Source: Chiloscyllium plagiosum (taxonomy: Eukaryota). From it: a stretch of 64,000 nt of DNA. The DNA lies in contig NC_057711.1 of the NCBI RefSeq assembly GCF_004010195.1, positions 78,339,156 through 78,403,155 of the forward strand, written 5' to 3'. The notes below the pieces were generated by a model, which saw only the letters and a program-made list of their open reading frames with translations, did no database searches and was not told the origin of the DNA. Shown in pieces: positions 13,020 to 25,990 of this stretch; the first letter of the stretch is position 1; every line of letters begins with the position of its first letter. The translations under genes were made by a program, and so were the position numbers.

Positions 13020-13700
13020 GCTGATTTTTTTTGAAGAGGTGACTGAAGTTGTGGACAAAGAGCTGACTATGGATGTCATTTATATGGATTTTGAGGAGGC
13101 TTTTAATGAAGTCCTGTGGCAGCTACTGGTGATATTTAATGGGCGGCATGGTGGCTCAGTGGTTAGTACAGCTGCCTTACAACACAGGGACCCAGATTCA
13201 ATGCTAGCCTCGGGCGACTGTCTGTGTGGAGTTTGCACATTCTCCCAGTGTCTGCATGGGTTTCCTCCCACAGTCCAAAGATGTGCAGGACAGGTGAATT
13301 GGCCAAAACTAAATTACCCATAGTGTTAGGTGCATTAGTCAGAGGGAAATGGGTCTGGGTGAGTTTCTCTTCAGAGGATCGGTGTAACTTGTCGGGCCAA
13401 AGAGCCTGTTTCCACACTTTAGGGAATCTAATCTAAGAGACCATCAGGTAAAGATGAAACCCAAGGAATTAAAGCCAAATTTTTAGACCCACTTAAGAAA
13501 TTGGTTGAGCAGTGTGAACCAGACAAGACAGATAATGGATAGGGAGTTGGCAGGATGCAAGAAATCATGCATCCCAAATATCTGTACTGGGTTGTTGTCT
13601 ATTCACCATATTTATTCGCTACTTTGATAATAAAACAGAAAGCTACATATCAAAGTTTGTTGATGACAAAAATAGGAAGCATCTTAAGTAGTGTAGACAG
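13020..13700 (+). mobile_element. Old CR1 RT fragment interrupted by a SINE
   Basis: FFEEVTEVVDKELTMDVIYMDFEEAFNEV before the SINE. Decayed KFVDDK (aagtttgttgatgacaaa, about 13655) after it. Confidence 0.65.
13141..13436 (+). mobile_element. HE1-like tRNA-derived V-SINE
   Basis: gggcggcatggTGGCTCAGTGGttag A-box head, V-domain-like core (gtgtggagtttgcacattctccc) and ctgtttccacac...aatctaatct tail. Confidence 0.9.
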
Positions 13701-14638
13701 CAGCAGCTTGACTCCGATTGTCCCCTTGGATGAAGTGTTCATTAATACAGATTATCAAAATGTTAGTATTAAGTATGTCCACTTAAGCAAGATAATGGAG
13801 GTCTGCATTCATGTAACACTAAGACAGCCGGAAGCAATCTGCTGAAGGTACATCCATATCCCTTCGAGGCCCAAATGCATGGTACAGAATTAATAAAGGA
13901 AGAAGTGAGAAAAAAATTTAGGAGATTGAATCAGCCCTAAAACAAATACAAATCCAATTAGACAATGTAAGCCAGTTAAAATTAAGGAATAACCCACTCA
14001 CTGATAATAATTTTCAGTTCTGCCAGGGCCAGATATCTTCTGATCTCTTACAGCCTTATCCACGGACAGAACAGGTGAATTCCAGACATAGGTAAGAATG
14101 ACTATCCTTGACATTAATGCAGCATTTGTATGTGTGGCATCACTCCCTTCCATACAGGGCATTGGGTGTACATACATCCAAAAGATTGCAATGCTTCAAG
14201 AAGGTAGTTCACCACCACCTTCTCCAGGACAATTAATGCTGACCTAGTCAATAACACCAACATTCAGTGACTGCAACCTTCATTGGCACAACAAAATGTC
14301 CCTCATCGTATAACATCAACAGCAGTAATAGCAGCACCTCTTCATGTGGTAATAAACTGTGATTTGGAAGGTACAAAGTTATAACAGTCACTAAATGTAA
14401 AATAAATTAGAGAGACCTTCTCATACTTGAATGCTTCAACACATTTTAAAAAATAAACGTTGAAGTTGAGCCATTATTTAAGCTCCTCTACATCAAAAGA
14501 ACTACTTATTGTCACCTCTGTCTCTTACCTCAGACCACTTACTGCTGTAATACTAAAGATCCAACACATGGCCATTCCTAACCTTACCCTTGAACCTAAA
14601 TCAACTCCAACTTGTCTCAACTCTACGAGATGGAATGC

Positions 14639-15891
14639 AGATTAGAAGGGTGCTGGAAAAGCACAGCAGTTCAGGTAGCATCCGAGGAGCAGTGAAATCG
14701 ACGTTTCGGGCAAAAGCACTTCATCAGAAATACAGGCAGACAGCCTGAAGGGTGGAGAGATAAATGAGAGGAGGGTGGGGGTGGGGAGAAAGTAGCATAC
14801 AGTACAATANNNNNNNNNNNNNNNNNNNNNNNNNNNNNNNNNNNNNNNNNNNNNNNNNNNNNNNNNNNNNNNNNNNNNNNNNNNNNNNNNNNNNNNNNNN
14901 NNNNNNNNNNNNNNNNNNNNNNNNNNNNNNNNNNNNNNNNNNNNNNNNNNNNNNNNNNNNNNNNNNNNNNNNNNNNNNNNNNNNNNNNNNNNNNNNNNNN
15001 NNNNNNNNNNNNNNNNNNNNNNNNNNNNNNNNNNNNNNNNNNNNNNNNNNNNNNNNNNNNNNNNNNNNNNNNNNNNNNNNNNNNNNNNNNNNNNNNNNNN
15101 NNNNNNNNNNNNNNNNNNNNNNNNNNNNNNNNNNNNNNNNNNNNNNNNNNNNNNNNNNNNNNNNNNNNNNNNNNNNNNNNNNNNNNNNNNNNNNNNNNNN
15201 NNNNNNNNNNNNNNNNNNNNNNNNNNNNNNNNNNNNNNNNNNNNNNNNNNNNNNNNNNNNNNNNNNNNNNNNNNNNNNNNNNNNNNNNNNNNNNNNNNNN
15301 NNNNNNNNNNNNNNNNNNNNNNNNNNNNNNNNNNNNNNNNNNNNNNNNNNNNNNNNNNNNNNNNNNNNNNNNNNNNNNNNNNNNNNNNNNNNNNNNNNNN
15401 NNNNNNNNNNNNNNNNNNNNNNNNNNNNNNNNNNNNNNNNNNNNNNNNNNNNNNNNNNNNNNNNNNNNNNNNNNNNNNNNNNNNNNNNNNNNNNNNNNNN
15501 NNNNNNNNNNNNNNNNNNNNNNNNNNNNNNNNNNNNNNNNNNNNNNNNNNNNNNNNNNNNNNNNNNNNNNNNNNNNNNNNNNNNNNNNNCCCATGACTTG
15601 TCCTACCTGCCTATCTTCTTTTCCACCTATCCACTCCACCCCCCTCCGACCTATCACCTTCATCCCCTCCCCCACTCCCCTACTGTACTCTATGCTACTT
15701 TCTCCACACCCCCACCCTCCTCTCATTTATCTCTCCACCTTTCAGGCTGTCTGCCTGTATTTCTGATGAAGGGCTTTTGCCCGAAACGTCGACTTTACTG
15801 CTCCTCGGATGCTGCCCGAACTGCTGTGCTTTTCCAGCACCCTTCTAATCTCGACTCTGGTCTCCAGCATCTGCAGTCATTGTTTTTATCT
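14639..15891. mobile_element. PLE insertion with inverted pseudo-LTR arms around an assembly gap
   Basis: 14639-14809 is the near-exact reverse complement of about 15680-15851. Extra tail runs to 15891. TSD-like agatggaa(t/a)gca at 14628-14639 and 15892-15903. Hammerhead motif at 15763-15790. Confidence 0.88.
14810..15589. other. Assembly gap (780 N)
   Basis: N run. Confidence 1.
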
Positions 15892-17046
15892 AGATGGAAA
15901 GCATCCCACAGCAAGCCTATCCATCCACCCAAGCTGTCCTCATTATTGTATAGCGACTCCCTGTACTTGACACATTAAAGTTAAAATCCTCATCCTAATC
16001 TTCAGTTCTTCAATGTACATGAGGTGCCATAACTCTAAAATATCTTGCAATATTCTTTGCAAACCTCTCCAAGCCCTCTGGTCACTGAATCTGGTGTCCT
16101 TGGTACTTCAGGGTGTCATACAATAAAATTTGCACCAGGAACAAATGCTACCTAGTAATGCTAATTAACCAGATGTCACCTATGGGAAGCTGATAAATAA
16201 TCAGATGCAAGCAAGGTCAATGTTACTTTTCTGGTTGTTTCTGATTAGTGTTAACGTTGGTACTTAGTCATTTGAAGACAGAGACCAAGCTACTGGTTTG
16301 TTTAAAAACAGAGCTTTCAGTTCACTGATAGATATTTGAAAGTGACAGTGAAAATGAGTGGCTTTTTAAAGAAGTCGAGTTGTGAGAAATTCCAACTGCC
16401 TAAATTAATCCTTCTGTAAAGTCGTCAAGTAGTTCATTGTAATAAAGGTGCTATGTAAATATAAGATGTTGCTATTTTGTGCGTTAACTCCATGCTTTCA
16501 GCAATGAATGCCATGTTTAGATTCAACTGTCAAACTCCTTGCCCCACGATTACCTTTACAAATGGGTCAAAATCTTTCCCTCTTTGACAGATCTTTTACA
16601 TGCCACATCTAATCTGTCTCCCGAGAGACCCAGGATAATGATCTGGGATACAGTGGCAATTGGAAACATTTAAATTCAATTAACATGGAATACAGCTGAG
16701 GGATAGTACCAAAATTGGGAGAACTGTCTAACAGACTAATCAAGTAACAACCTGACACAGTCATACTCTCAGAACCATACCTACAGATGATCATACCTAA
16801 CATTATCAACACTCCCAGTTATGTCCTGTTCCACTAGCGGGACCTATCTAGCAGAGGTGTACAGTGGTGTATAATTGGGAGTAAGTATACAGAGAGTCCT
16901 CAATATTGACTCTCAGCTCTATGAAGTCTCATGGCATCAGGTCAAATACAGGCAAGGAAACTTCCTACTGATTACCACATCCTGCCTTCTTGTCTGATAA
17001 ATCAATATTCTTCATGTTGAACCTCACTTAGACAAAGAAGAGCGGG

Positions 17047-17305
17047 TGCCAAATGTTGCAATTGTACCAGCCTCCACCACATCCTCTGGCAGCTCATTCC
17101 ATACACATACCACCCTCTATGTGAAAAGGTTGCCCCTAGGTCTCTTTTATATCCTCTCCTCTCATCCTAAACCTATGCCCTCTAGTTCTGGACTCCCCAA
17201 CCCCAGGGAAAAGACTTTGCCTAACTATCCTATCCATGCCCCTTATAATTTTGTACAGTTAAAAATCACACAACACGAGGTTATAGTCCAACAGGTTTAA
17301 CTGGA
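17047..17305 (-). mobile_element. CR1 3' fragment plus short PLE-like repeat end
   Basis: Reverse-complement similarity to about 4925-5145. Followed by aaaatcacacaacacgaggttatagtccaacaggttta. Confidence 0.8.
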
Positions 17306-17927
17306 CAGGGGATTTAAAGCATTTATCAATAAAACTGGTTTGGCAACACCACTAACTAACTGCATTGGTTGAATTCTAAAGGACAGAGCTGATGAAGGGT
17401 CCATCAAGAGGGAAAACATTTGACGTTATCATCACCAATCTCCCTATCAAAGCTGTATAAGAAGTAACCACCCCAAATTCTTGCTCAGATGAGGCTCCAC
17501 CACTATCATCAGTGTCAATAACAGGACAGCCCAGCACATCAATGCATGAGATAAAGCTGAAGCATTTCCAATTACCTTCAGCCACAAGTGCCAAAGGCAT
17601 GATCCTCAGTATCCTCTGGAGATCCCTAGCATCAAAAATCCCAGACAACAGCCAAATTAATTCACTCCATATCATCCAGAGTAATGAATGGATGCACTGG
17701 ATACTGCAAAGACTGCGGCCTGAGAATATTATCACAGCAACACTGAAGACCTGTGCTCCAATACAGCTACACACTAGCATCCACCCGATAATGTGGAAAA
17801 TTGTCCAAATCGGTCCTATGCAGAAAAAAATAGGACCGATCAAACCTGGCCAATTCCTGCACCATCACTCTACTCTTGATCATCAGTAAAGTGATGGAAG
17901 GTGTCATCAAGCAGCACTTACCAGCCG

Positions 17928-18432
17928 TAGAGTCATAGAGATGCACAGCATGGAAACAGACCCTTCAATCCAAACGACTAGATATCCCAACCCAATCTAG
18001 TTCCACCTGCCAGCAACCAGCCCATATCCCTCCAAGCCCTTCCTATTCATATACCCATCCAAATGCCTTTTAAATGTTACAATTGTACCAGCCTCCACCA
18101 CATCCTCTGGCAGCTCATTCCATACACATACCACCCTGTGAAAAAGTTGCCCCGTAGGTCTCTTTTATATCCTCTTCTCTCACCCTAAACCTATGCCCTC
18201 TAGTTCTGGTCTTCCCAACCCCAGGGAAAAGACTTTGCCCATCTATCCTATCCATGCCCCTCAATTTTGTACAAAATTATAATCCAACAGGTTTAATTGG
18301 AAGCACACTAGCTTTCCGAGCACCATTCTTCCATCAGATGGCCGGCATCTCCAAATCATAATTTTGTAAGCCTCTAAAAGGTCACCGCTCAGCCTCTGAC
18401 GCTCCAGGGAAAACAGCCCTAGCTTGCTTAGC
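17928..18432 (-). mobile_element. CR1 3' end with a short PLE-like repeat inserted (about 18270-18345)
   Basis: tagagtcatagag tail. LGLFSLERQRLSGDLLEAYKIM on the minus strand. Confidence 0.88.
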
Positions 18433-19624
18433 CATAATCGGCTCACTGGCAGTTAGGTGGATTTCAACAAGTCCACTCAGCTCCTGATCTCATTATAGTC
18501 TCGGTTCAATCATGGGCAAAAAGCTGAACTCCAGAAGTGAGGTGAGAGTGACAGCCATTGACATCAAGGCTGCACTTGACAGAGCATGGCATCAAGGAGC
18601 CCCAGCAAATTTAGAGTCAAAGGAAATCAGAGGAAAACTCTCCACTGGTTGGGGTGATCTCTGCACAAAGGAAGATGTTTGTGGTTGCTGAAGGTCAGTC
18701 ACCTGAGCTGCAGGAGCTCCTCAGGGTAGTGTCCTCAACTCAACTATCTTCAGTTGTTTCATCAATGACATTCCCTCCATCATAAGGTCAGAAGTGGGGT
18801 TGGTCGCTGATGGCTGCACAAAATTCGGCACCATTGACAACTCCTCAGATATTTGAGTAGTCCGTGTCTAAATGCAAGAAGACCTGGATAACCTCCAGAC
18901 TTGAGCTCCACATGAATGCCGACCATTCACCATCTTCAAGAGAATCCAGCCATCATCCTTTGACATTACCATCACTGAATCCCAGATTAACAATAATCTG
19001 GGGTGTTACTATTGACCATAACTTGAACTGGCCCAGCCATATCAATCCTCCGGCTACAACAGCAAATCAGAGACTAAAACGCCTGCAGCAGGGAACTGAT
19101 TTCTGGACTTCCCAAAGCCTGTCCACCATCTACCAGGCTTATGTCATAGATGTAATGAAATATTCTCCAATAACCACTCCACAACACTGAAGTAGTTTAA
19201 CATTATGTAGGACAAAGCAGTCCTTTTGGTTGATGCCACATCCTCAAACACTAGCTCCCTCCACCACCCAATACACAGTAGCAGGAATATGTACTATCTC
19301 CAAGATGGACTGCAGAAATTCAATAAAGCTCCTTAGACAGCACCTGCAAAACCACTTCCATCTAGAAGGACAAGGGCAGTAGATATCTTGGAACATCACT
19401 ACCTGCAAGTTCATTTACAAGCCGCTCACAAAGTCATACAGATCTACAGTACAGAAAAGACCCTGCGGGCCATCGTGTCTGTGCCAGTCAAAAACAAACC
19501 CTAATATTCCTATCCCATTTTCCAGTACTTGGCCCTTAGCCTTGTGCGCCTTGGCATTGCAAGTGCACGTATACATATCTTGCCAATGACACCTACATTC
19601 CTTTTTTTTTTAAAAATCAAAATA

Positions 19625-19950
19625 ACACGGTGGCTCAGTGGTTAGCACTGCTGCCTCAGAGCGCCAAGGGCCCTGGTTCAATTCCATCCTTAGGCAACTA
19701 TCTGTGTGGAGTTTGCACATTCTCCCTGTGTCTGCGTGGATCTCCAATTTCCTCCCACAATTCAAAGATGCGCATATTAGGTGGATTGACCAGGCTAATT
19801 TGCCCATTGTGTCCAAGAATGTGCAGGTTAGGCAGATCAGCCATGAAAAATGTAGGGTTAAGGGATGGGTTGAGTCTGAGCGGAATGGTCTTTGGAGGGT
19901 CAGTATGGACTGGGTGGGCTGAATGACCTGCTTCCAGGAACATTCTATAC
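19625..19950 (+). mobile_element. HE1-like tRNA-derived V-SINE
   Basis: TGGCTCAGTGG A-box, GGTTCAATTCC B-box and V-domain-like core. Confidence 0.88.
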
Positions 19951-20649
19951 ATTCAAGAGACTATATGCAAGATGCTGTGGGCAATGCAAGTTATTTTGCA
20001 TGCAACAAGATACAATAAGGAGCACTGAGATAAATGATCAATTTATCCATTTCAGATGCCAGTTGTTTTGAGATAAACACTTGTCAGGACACCAGGAGAA
20101 CTCCTGTTCTTCTTAAAGTAATACTGGATCCTCAAGATCAAATTGGAAAAGGAAGGTAGAAAGTTTCATTTGAGAAATGAAAGAAAGAACATATCAGTAA
20201 ACCAGATGTCATAACCTTTCAGAAACTATGGCATTTTTCAAATACAAGTCAGTAACAACTTTTTTCTTAGTTAAAAATTTGAGTTCTGATTCTGAATCAA
20301 TTAATTTTCCAATATCCCTCTTTATATTCAGTTTCATTATGCAGTAACATTCTGCTCAAAATGTGACCTTTATAAATTATAAGCTCCTCTTGAGCATTAA
20401 TCATACACAATGCAATTAATATTAATTAAGACCTAATTAGGTTATGTATTTTCGTATTCCTCTTCTCAGACATTCTATTTTTTGAATATCGACTGAATCC
20501 CATAACATTTTATAGCAATATTGCTCTATTTGATGAGCACAGTAAAACTCTAACAACTCTCATATTCCATGCAATAATAAGGAAAGATTACAAGATTCAA
20601 GTTAAGCAAATTGCAGAAAAAAGCATTATGGGCATTGAGTTTTGACCCA

Positions 20650-21600
20650 GTAATGATGACACATTTCCATGTCAGGGTGGAAAGTGGCTTGGAGAGAAAC
20701 TTGCAGGTTGTAGTATTCTCATACATTTGCTGCCCTTGTCTCGAGGAAGTTTCTGTACAACATTTTAAAGATGACACTTATTGCTGCCACTGCATATCAT
20801 TAGTAAAGGAGGTGAATTTTGCAAGTGTTGGATGGTGCGCCAGGCAAGTGGCTACTTCATCCTGGCTAGTGTTGAGACTCTTGACAATTACTGGAGCTGC
20901 TTCCAGAGTTAGAATTATCCAGAATTGATCCTGTTCAGAAGGCACTCATTTAGCCCACTGCATCTACACTGACCGAGCATTTCAATTTAGTGTCAAACTT
21001 AAGTCTTTTCCTGCAGTCCTGCTGGAAGAGTCAGTCAGTCATTTAATGCCTTTTGAATGAGAGTAAATATGCAGAATACACCATCACACAGCTACCTCAT
21101 ACTTTGTAAATGGCTAACAGGCTCTGGGAGTCAGAAGGCAAGTTACTGATCACAAAGTTCCGAGCTTCTGACCTATTCCTTTCACCATAAGACTTACATG
21201 GCTGGCTGAGTTCAGTTCCTGGTCAGTGAAAAGGCTCAGATGTTGATAGTTAATGATTCACAGATAGCGCTGCCATTGAATGTTGTGCAAAGATGGTTAC
21301 CTTCTTGCGCTTGATATGTCATTGCCTGGCACTTGTGTGCATGAATGCGAGATGTCAATTATCAGTACCAAAGTAATCGAAGTCTTTCCACAAATGGCCA
21401 CTGGTTGCTTCAGTATTTTGTGAATGCAGCTAGCATTGTACAACGATAAGTAGAACATCCCCATTTCTGACCTTATGATGGAGGTAAGGTCATTGATGAA
21501 GCAGCTCAATATCATTGGGCCTAAGATACTATCCTGAGGAACCTCTGCAGAAATGCCCTGGGATTAAAATGAGTAACCACCAACAACCACAGCCATCTTC
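20650..21600 (-). mobile_element. L2-like LINE fragments
   Basis: Reverse similarity to 18720-19430 (SCFINDLTSIIRSEMGMF; NTTTCKFLSKP 3' region). Confidence 0.65.
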
Positions 21601-21631
21601 CTTTTGTACTGGATAGCACTCCAAAAAGTAG

Positions 21632-22843
21632 AGACTTTCCCACACAAAGCCATTTTGACTATTCTTAATAAGTCCTTGCCATTCCAAATACATGCACACC
21701 CCTCAGGATTCCTTCCAACAACTTGCCCACCACCGACGTCAGGCTCACTGGTCTATAGTTCCAACTGGCTCAAAGATAGAAGACAGAGGGTGGTGGTGGA
21801 GGGTTGTTTTTCAGACTGGAGGCCTGTGACAGTGGAGTGCCACAAGGATCAGTGCTGGGTCCTCTACTTTTTGTCATTTACATAAATGATTTGGATGCGA
21901 GCATAAGAGGTACAGTTAGTAAGTTTGCAGATGACACCAAAATTGGAGGTGTAGTGGACAGCGAAGGAGGTTTCCTCAGATTACAACAGGATCTGGACCA
22001 GATGGGCCAATGGCTGAGAAGTGGCAGATGGAGCTTAATTCAGATAAATGCGAGGTGCTGCATTTTGGGAAAGCAAATCTTAGCAGGACTTATACACTCA
22101 ATTGTAAGGTCCTAGGGAGTGTTGCTGAATAAAGAGACCTTGGAGTGCAGGTTCATAGCTCCTTGAAAGTGGAGTCGCAGGTAGATAGGATAGTGAAGGC
22201 GGAGTTTGGTATGCTTTCTTTTATTGGTCAGAGTAGTGAGTACAGGGGTTGGGAGGTCATGTTGCGGTTTTACAGGACATTGGTTAGGCCACTGTTGGAA
22301 TATTGCGTGCAATTCTGGTCTCCTTCCTATCGGAAAGATGTTCCGAAACTTGAAAGGGTTCAGAAAAGATTAACAAGGATGTTGCCTGGGTTGGAGGATC
22401 TGAGCTATAGTGAGAAGCTGGACAGGCAGGGGCTTTGTTCCCTGGAGCGTCGGAGGCTGAGGGGTGACCTTATAGAGGTTTATGAAATCATGAGGGTCAT
22501 GGATAGGATAAATAGACAAATTCTTTTCCATGGGGTTGGAGAGTCCAGAAGTAGAGGGCATAGGTTTAGGGTGAAAGTGGAAAGAGAGACCAAAGGGGCA
22601 ACCTTTTCACACACAGGGTGGTAACGTGTATGGAATGAGCTGCCAGAGGATTTGGTGGAGGCTGGTACAATTGCAACATTTAAAAGATATTTGGATAGGT
22701 ATATGAATAGGAAGGGTTTGTAGGGATTTGGGCCGGGTGCTGGCAGGTGGGACTAGACTGGGTTGGGATATCTGGTCAGCATGGACAGGTTGGACTCTAG
22801 GGTCTGTTTCCATGCTGTACATCTCTATCACTCTAGGACTCTA
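21632..22843 (+). mobile_element. 5'-truncated CR1 with 5' inversion
   Basis: 21763-22843 is sense ([31 protein letters not shown], tail). 21632-21762 is antisense CR1 (GNYRPVSLTSVVGKLLEG). Confidence 0.93.
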
Positions 22844-22859
22844 AGTGTAGTCATTGTTC

Positions 22860-23895
22860 GTGAACAACCTCATTGCCCGTGAACCCCATACACCCATTTC
22901 TACCTCCAACCAAAAAAATCACAAACCTGACTTCCCCAGTGGATTCATTGTCTCAGTCTGCTTCTATCCCACTCAACTCATCTCTGCATACCTTGACACC
23001 GTCCTGTTCCCCTTAGTCCAGGAACTCCATACTCAAGTTCAGGACACCACTCACTTCCTTCAAGATTTTCATTTCCCTGGCCCCCAATGTCTCATCTTCA
23101 CCATGGACATCCAGTCCCTATACACATTCATCCGCCATGACAAAGGCCTCCAAGCCCTCAGTTTCTTCCTCTCACTCCATCCCAACCACTACCCTTCCAC
23201 CAACACCCTCATCTGCCTGGCTGAACTGGTCCGCACCCCTAACTTCACCTTCCACACCTCCCACTTTCTCCAAACGAAAGGGGTGGCCATGAGCACCTGC
23301 ATAGGGCCCAGCTGTGCCTGCCTCTTTGTTGGGTACGTGGAACAGTCTACCTTCCGCAATTACATCGGCATCACCACCCACCTGTTCCTCCGCTACATCA
23401 ATGACTGTATCAGCGCTTTGTGCTCTCACAAGGAGCTTGAACAGTTCATCCATATCAACACCTTTCACCTCGAAATCAAATTCACCTGGACCATCTGACA
23501 CCTCCCTCCCCTTCCTGGACCTCTCCATCTCAGTCTCCAGCGACCGACTCACCACAGACATCTACTACAAGCCCACTGACTCCAACAGCTACCTGAACTA
23601 CACCTCCTCCCACCCTACCTCCTGTAAAAACACCACCTCTACTGCATCTGTTCCCAGGATGACCAATTCCACATTATAAAATCCCAGATGGCATCCTTCT
23701 TCCAAGATCACAATTTCCCCTCCCACATGGTCGACGATGCCCTCCAGCGCATCTCCACCATTTCCCGCACCACCACCCTTGAACCCCACCCCTCTCAAAG
23801 CAACAAGGACAGAACCCCCTGGTCCTCCCCTTCCACCCCATCAACCTCCAGATACATTGCATCATCATCCGCCACCTACAAACAGGCCCCACCAC
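22860..23895 (+). mobile_element. Penelope-like element reverse transcriptase fragment
   Basis: FTMDIQSLYT, QTKGVAM..., FLRYIND (YIDD), PFLDLSI and DIYYKPTDS, which are PLE RT motifs. Frameshifted. Confidence 0.9.
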
Positions 23896-23919
23896 TTTTC
23901 CAGCACCACATTCTCAACC

Positions 23920-24780
23920 CCCAACAAGTGCAGGGATGCTCAATTTAGCTCTGGAATTCAGCTCTCTTGTCCATGTTTGAATCAAGACTCAAATGAGGTC
24001 AGGAACTATGTGGCCCTCGAAACCCAAATCAAGGTCAGTGAATAGATTATTTCTAATCAAGTGCTGACATGCCTTTCCATAATTGATAATTAAGAGCAGA
24101 CAGATAAGGCCGTAATTTCCAGATTTGCCCTGCATTTTGTGCACAGGACATACCAAGTGAATTTTCCACATTGCTATCAATACCAGCACTGGAATTTATA
24201 CTGCAGCAGCCTAACTAAGGAGATAGCTAGTTCTGGGGCAAAAGTCTTTACTACTACTTCCAGAATATTATCAGAGTCCATTGGCTTTGCAGTATCATTC
24301 CCTGATGATAACACATGAAGTGGATCAAAGTGGCTCAAAACTGGTATCTGTGATGCTGGGGCCTCAGGAGAAGGCAAAGATGGATTATAAATGCTACAAA
24401 TGTTAGCCATTTAACTGCCCACTTCCATTCATTACGAGATGTGCCATGATTGCAGGGATCAGATGTGGTATTTTGATGATGGGATTGCTTAGCCCTGTCT
24501 ATTGCATGCTGATTCCATAGTTTGGCATGAAAGTGCCCATGATGAAGCTTCACGAGGCCGATATCTCAAATTTTAAGAATGCCTAGTGTTGCTCCTGGGA
24601 TGCCCACTGCACCCTTCATTGAACCCCTGCTTTGCAGGTAATCAAAGAATAAGGATATGCCAGCCTTTGAGTCTTCTCATTGTGGTTGAATATAATTATG
24701 CTACTGCTGATCCACAGCTCTTCCTGGATGTTCAGTTTTGAGTTGCTAGATCTGTTGGAAATCTATCCCATTTCTCAGAG
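23920..24780 (-). mobile_element. Decayed L2-like fragment
   Basis: KTFAPELAISL and MWKIHLVCPVHK match the 17740-17830 region of the L2-like copy. Confidence 0.6.
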
Positions 24781-24800
24781 TTGATGTGCCCTATTGAGAA

Positions 24801-25990
24801 TGTGTAAAGGGTAATAAGCAGGTAAGGAAAGAGTTAAGTTCTGAGTTTTGTGAAAGAAGAGGTTCAGCTGAGCATGACTCAGATCAGATAAGAACTTGCA
24901 GTTTACAATGGGGTGCTGGAGGCAAGGTTAATGGTTAATAAGGTGATAAAGCATTCATTATGTAGAGCCATTTAACAATATTGGAAGAATTCAGTATGTA
25001 AGGTCAGTTTAACAAGGTGGAAAGTATTCATTATGTGAAACCAGTTAAGATTAAGGACAGCCCTTCTGCAATAGCAGATGGCTTAATCATTACTACTGAC
25101 ACTCGCTAATTGTAAAGATCACCCAATCACTATGTACGTTGTATTTGTTTTAAGGTTCCTCAGTATAGGTTCCCAGTCCAGTCTTGGTTATGTATAAACC
25201 CAAGGGTTGGAGTACAGGGTGAACTTTGTAAAAGACTGATTCTGCAATCACTAAGACAGTCGCACAGGTATCGACCTCCATTAGATCCAGCTGACCATTT
25301 CACCAGCAGTGTTTTTTTAAAAAAAAAACTTTGGACACTCCTGTCCTTTCTTTTAATGAGGGAGCACAATCTCTGACACACCTGTTTATTTTTTCCCTCC
25401 ACTACTGCCCAACTGCGATAGTGCTTATTTTTTCCCCAGCACCCATGTTGTGTGTGTGCAGGTGTGAGAGAGTGAAAGACACAAGGTGCATGAATCTTTA
25501 TTCAATTTTCCACCACCAGGAAGAAAGGAAACACTCGAGTGGCCTGTGGCAAGCAGTGCCCTTCATATCAAAGGGCAATGCTGCATGATCAAACAGTGAA
25601 GGGGAGGGCAGGGATCAAATCAAAATAGAGTTGGAGGGAGAAATAATGCACTCCACTCCCTGCAGCACCGTCTTCTCCCTGAACAATTCCAGGGTGTTGG
25701 TGGACACCGTGTGCTCCTTTTCCAGAGACACCCGGGCTCTAATGTAACCGCGAAAGAGGGCAGGCAGTTGGTCCTAACGACCCCTCCACGGCCCGCTGCC
25801 TGGACCCATTTATGGTGAGTTTGGCTATGTATGTTGTATTATCTGGCTCCTGCTCCCTGTAAAATGACTATATAATTAATTAAGAAACTGCTCTTCCATA
25901 GAAGACCAAGAACTCCTGTCTCTGTGCACATGGGTGATCATTCTCTCTCCCTCCAGGGCCTGGACCAAAGATGGAGGAGGTAAAGACCAC
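24801..25990 (+). mobile_element. Probable solo LTR interrupted by a Tx1 fragment
   Basis: Begins TGT and ends ...ACCACA. Internal short repeats (attcattatgt twice), CCAAT at about 25122 and TATAAA at about 25193. No clean TSD. Confidence 0.4.
25312..25826 (-). mobile_element. Tx1-clade LINE 3' end
   Basis: Minus strand reads AKLTINGSRQRAVE...FRGYIRARVSLEKEHTVSTNTLELFREK...GVECIISPSNSILI*, a Tx1-like ORF2 C-terminus, followed by a 3' UTR. Confidence 0.8.

Larger units (their letters stand above)
16720..19430 (+). mobile_element. Decayed L2-like LINE ORF2 (endonuclease, RT, 3' end), interrupted by CR1 pieces
   Basis: EVSWHQVKYRQGNFLLIT (about 16925), VTAIDIKAALDRAWHQG (about 18550-18600), PQGSVL (about 18720). 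Confidence 0.75.

Noticed and set aside
13141..13215. tRNA genes at SINE heads (also 19625, 41137, 49740)
   Set aside because: The A/B boxes continue into the SINE body and LINE-like tail; no complete cloverleaf.
14671..15978. 351-aa and 404-aa ORFs
   Set aside because: Artefacts of the N gap.
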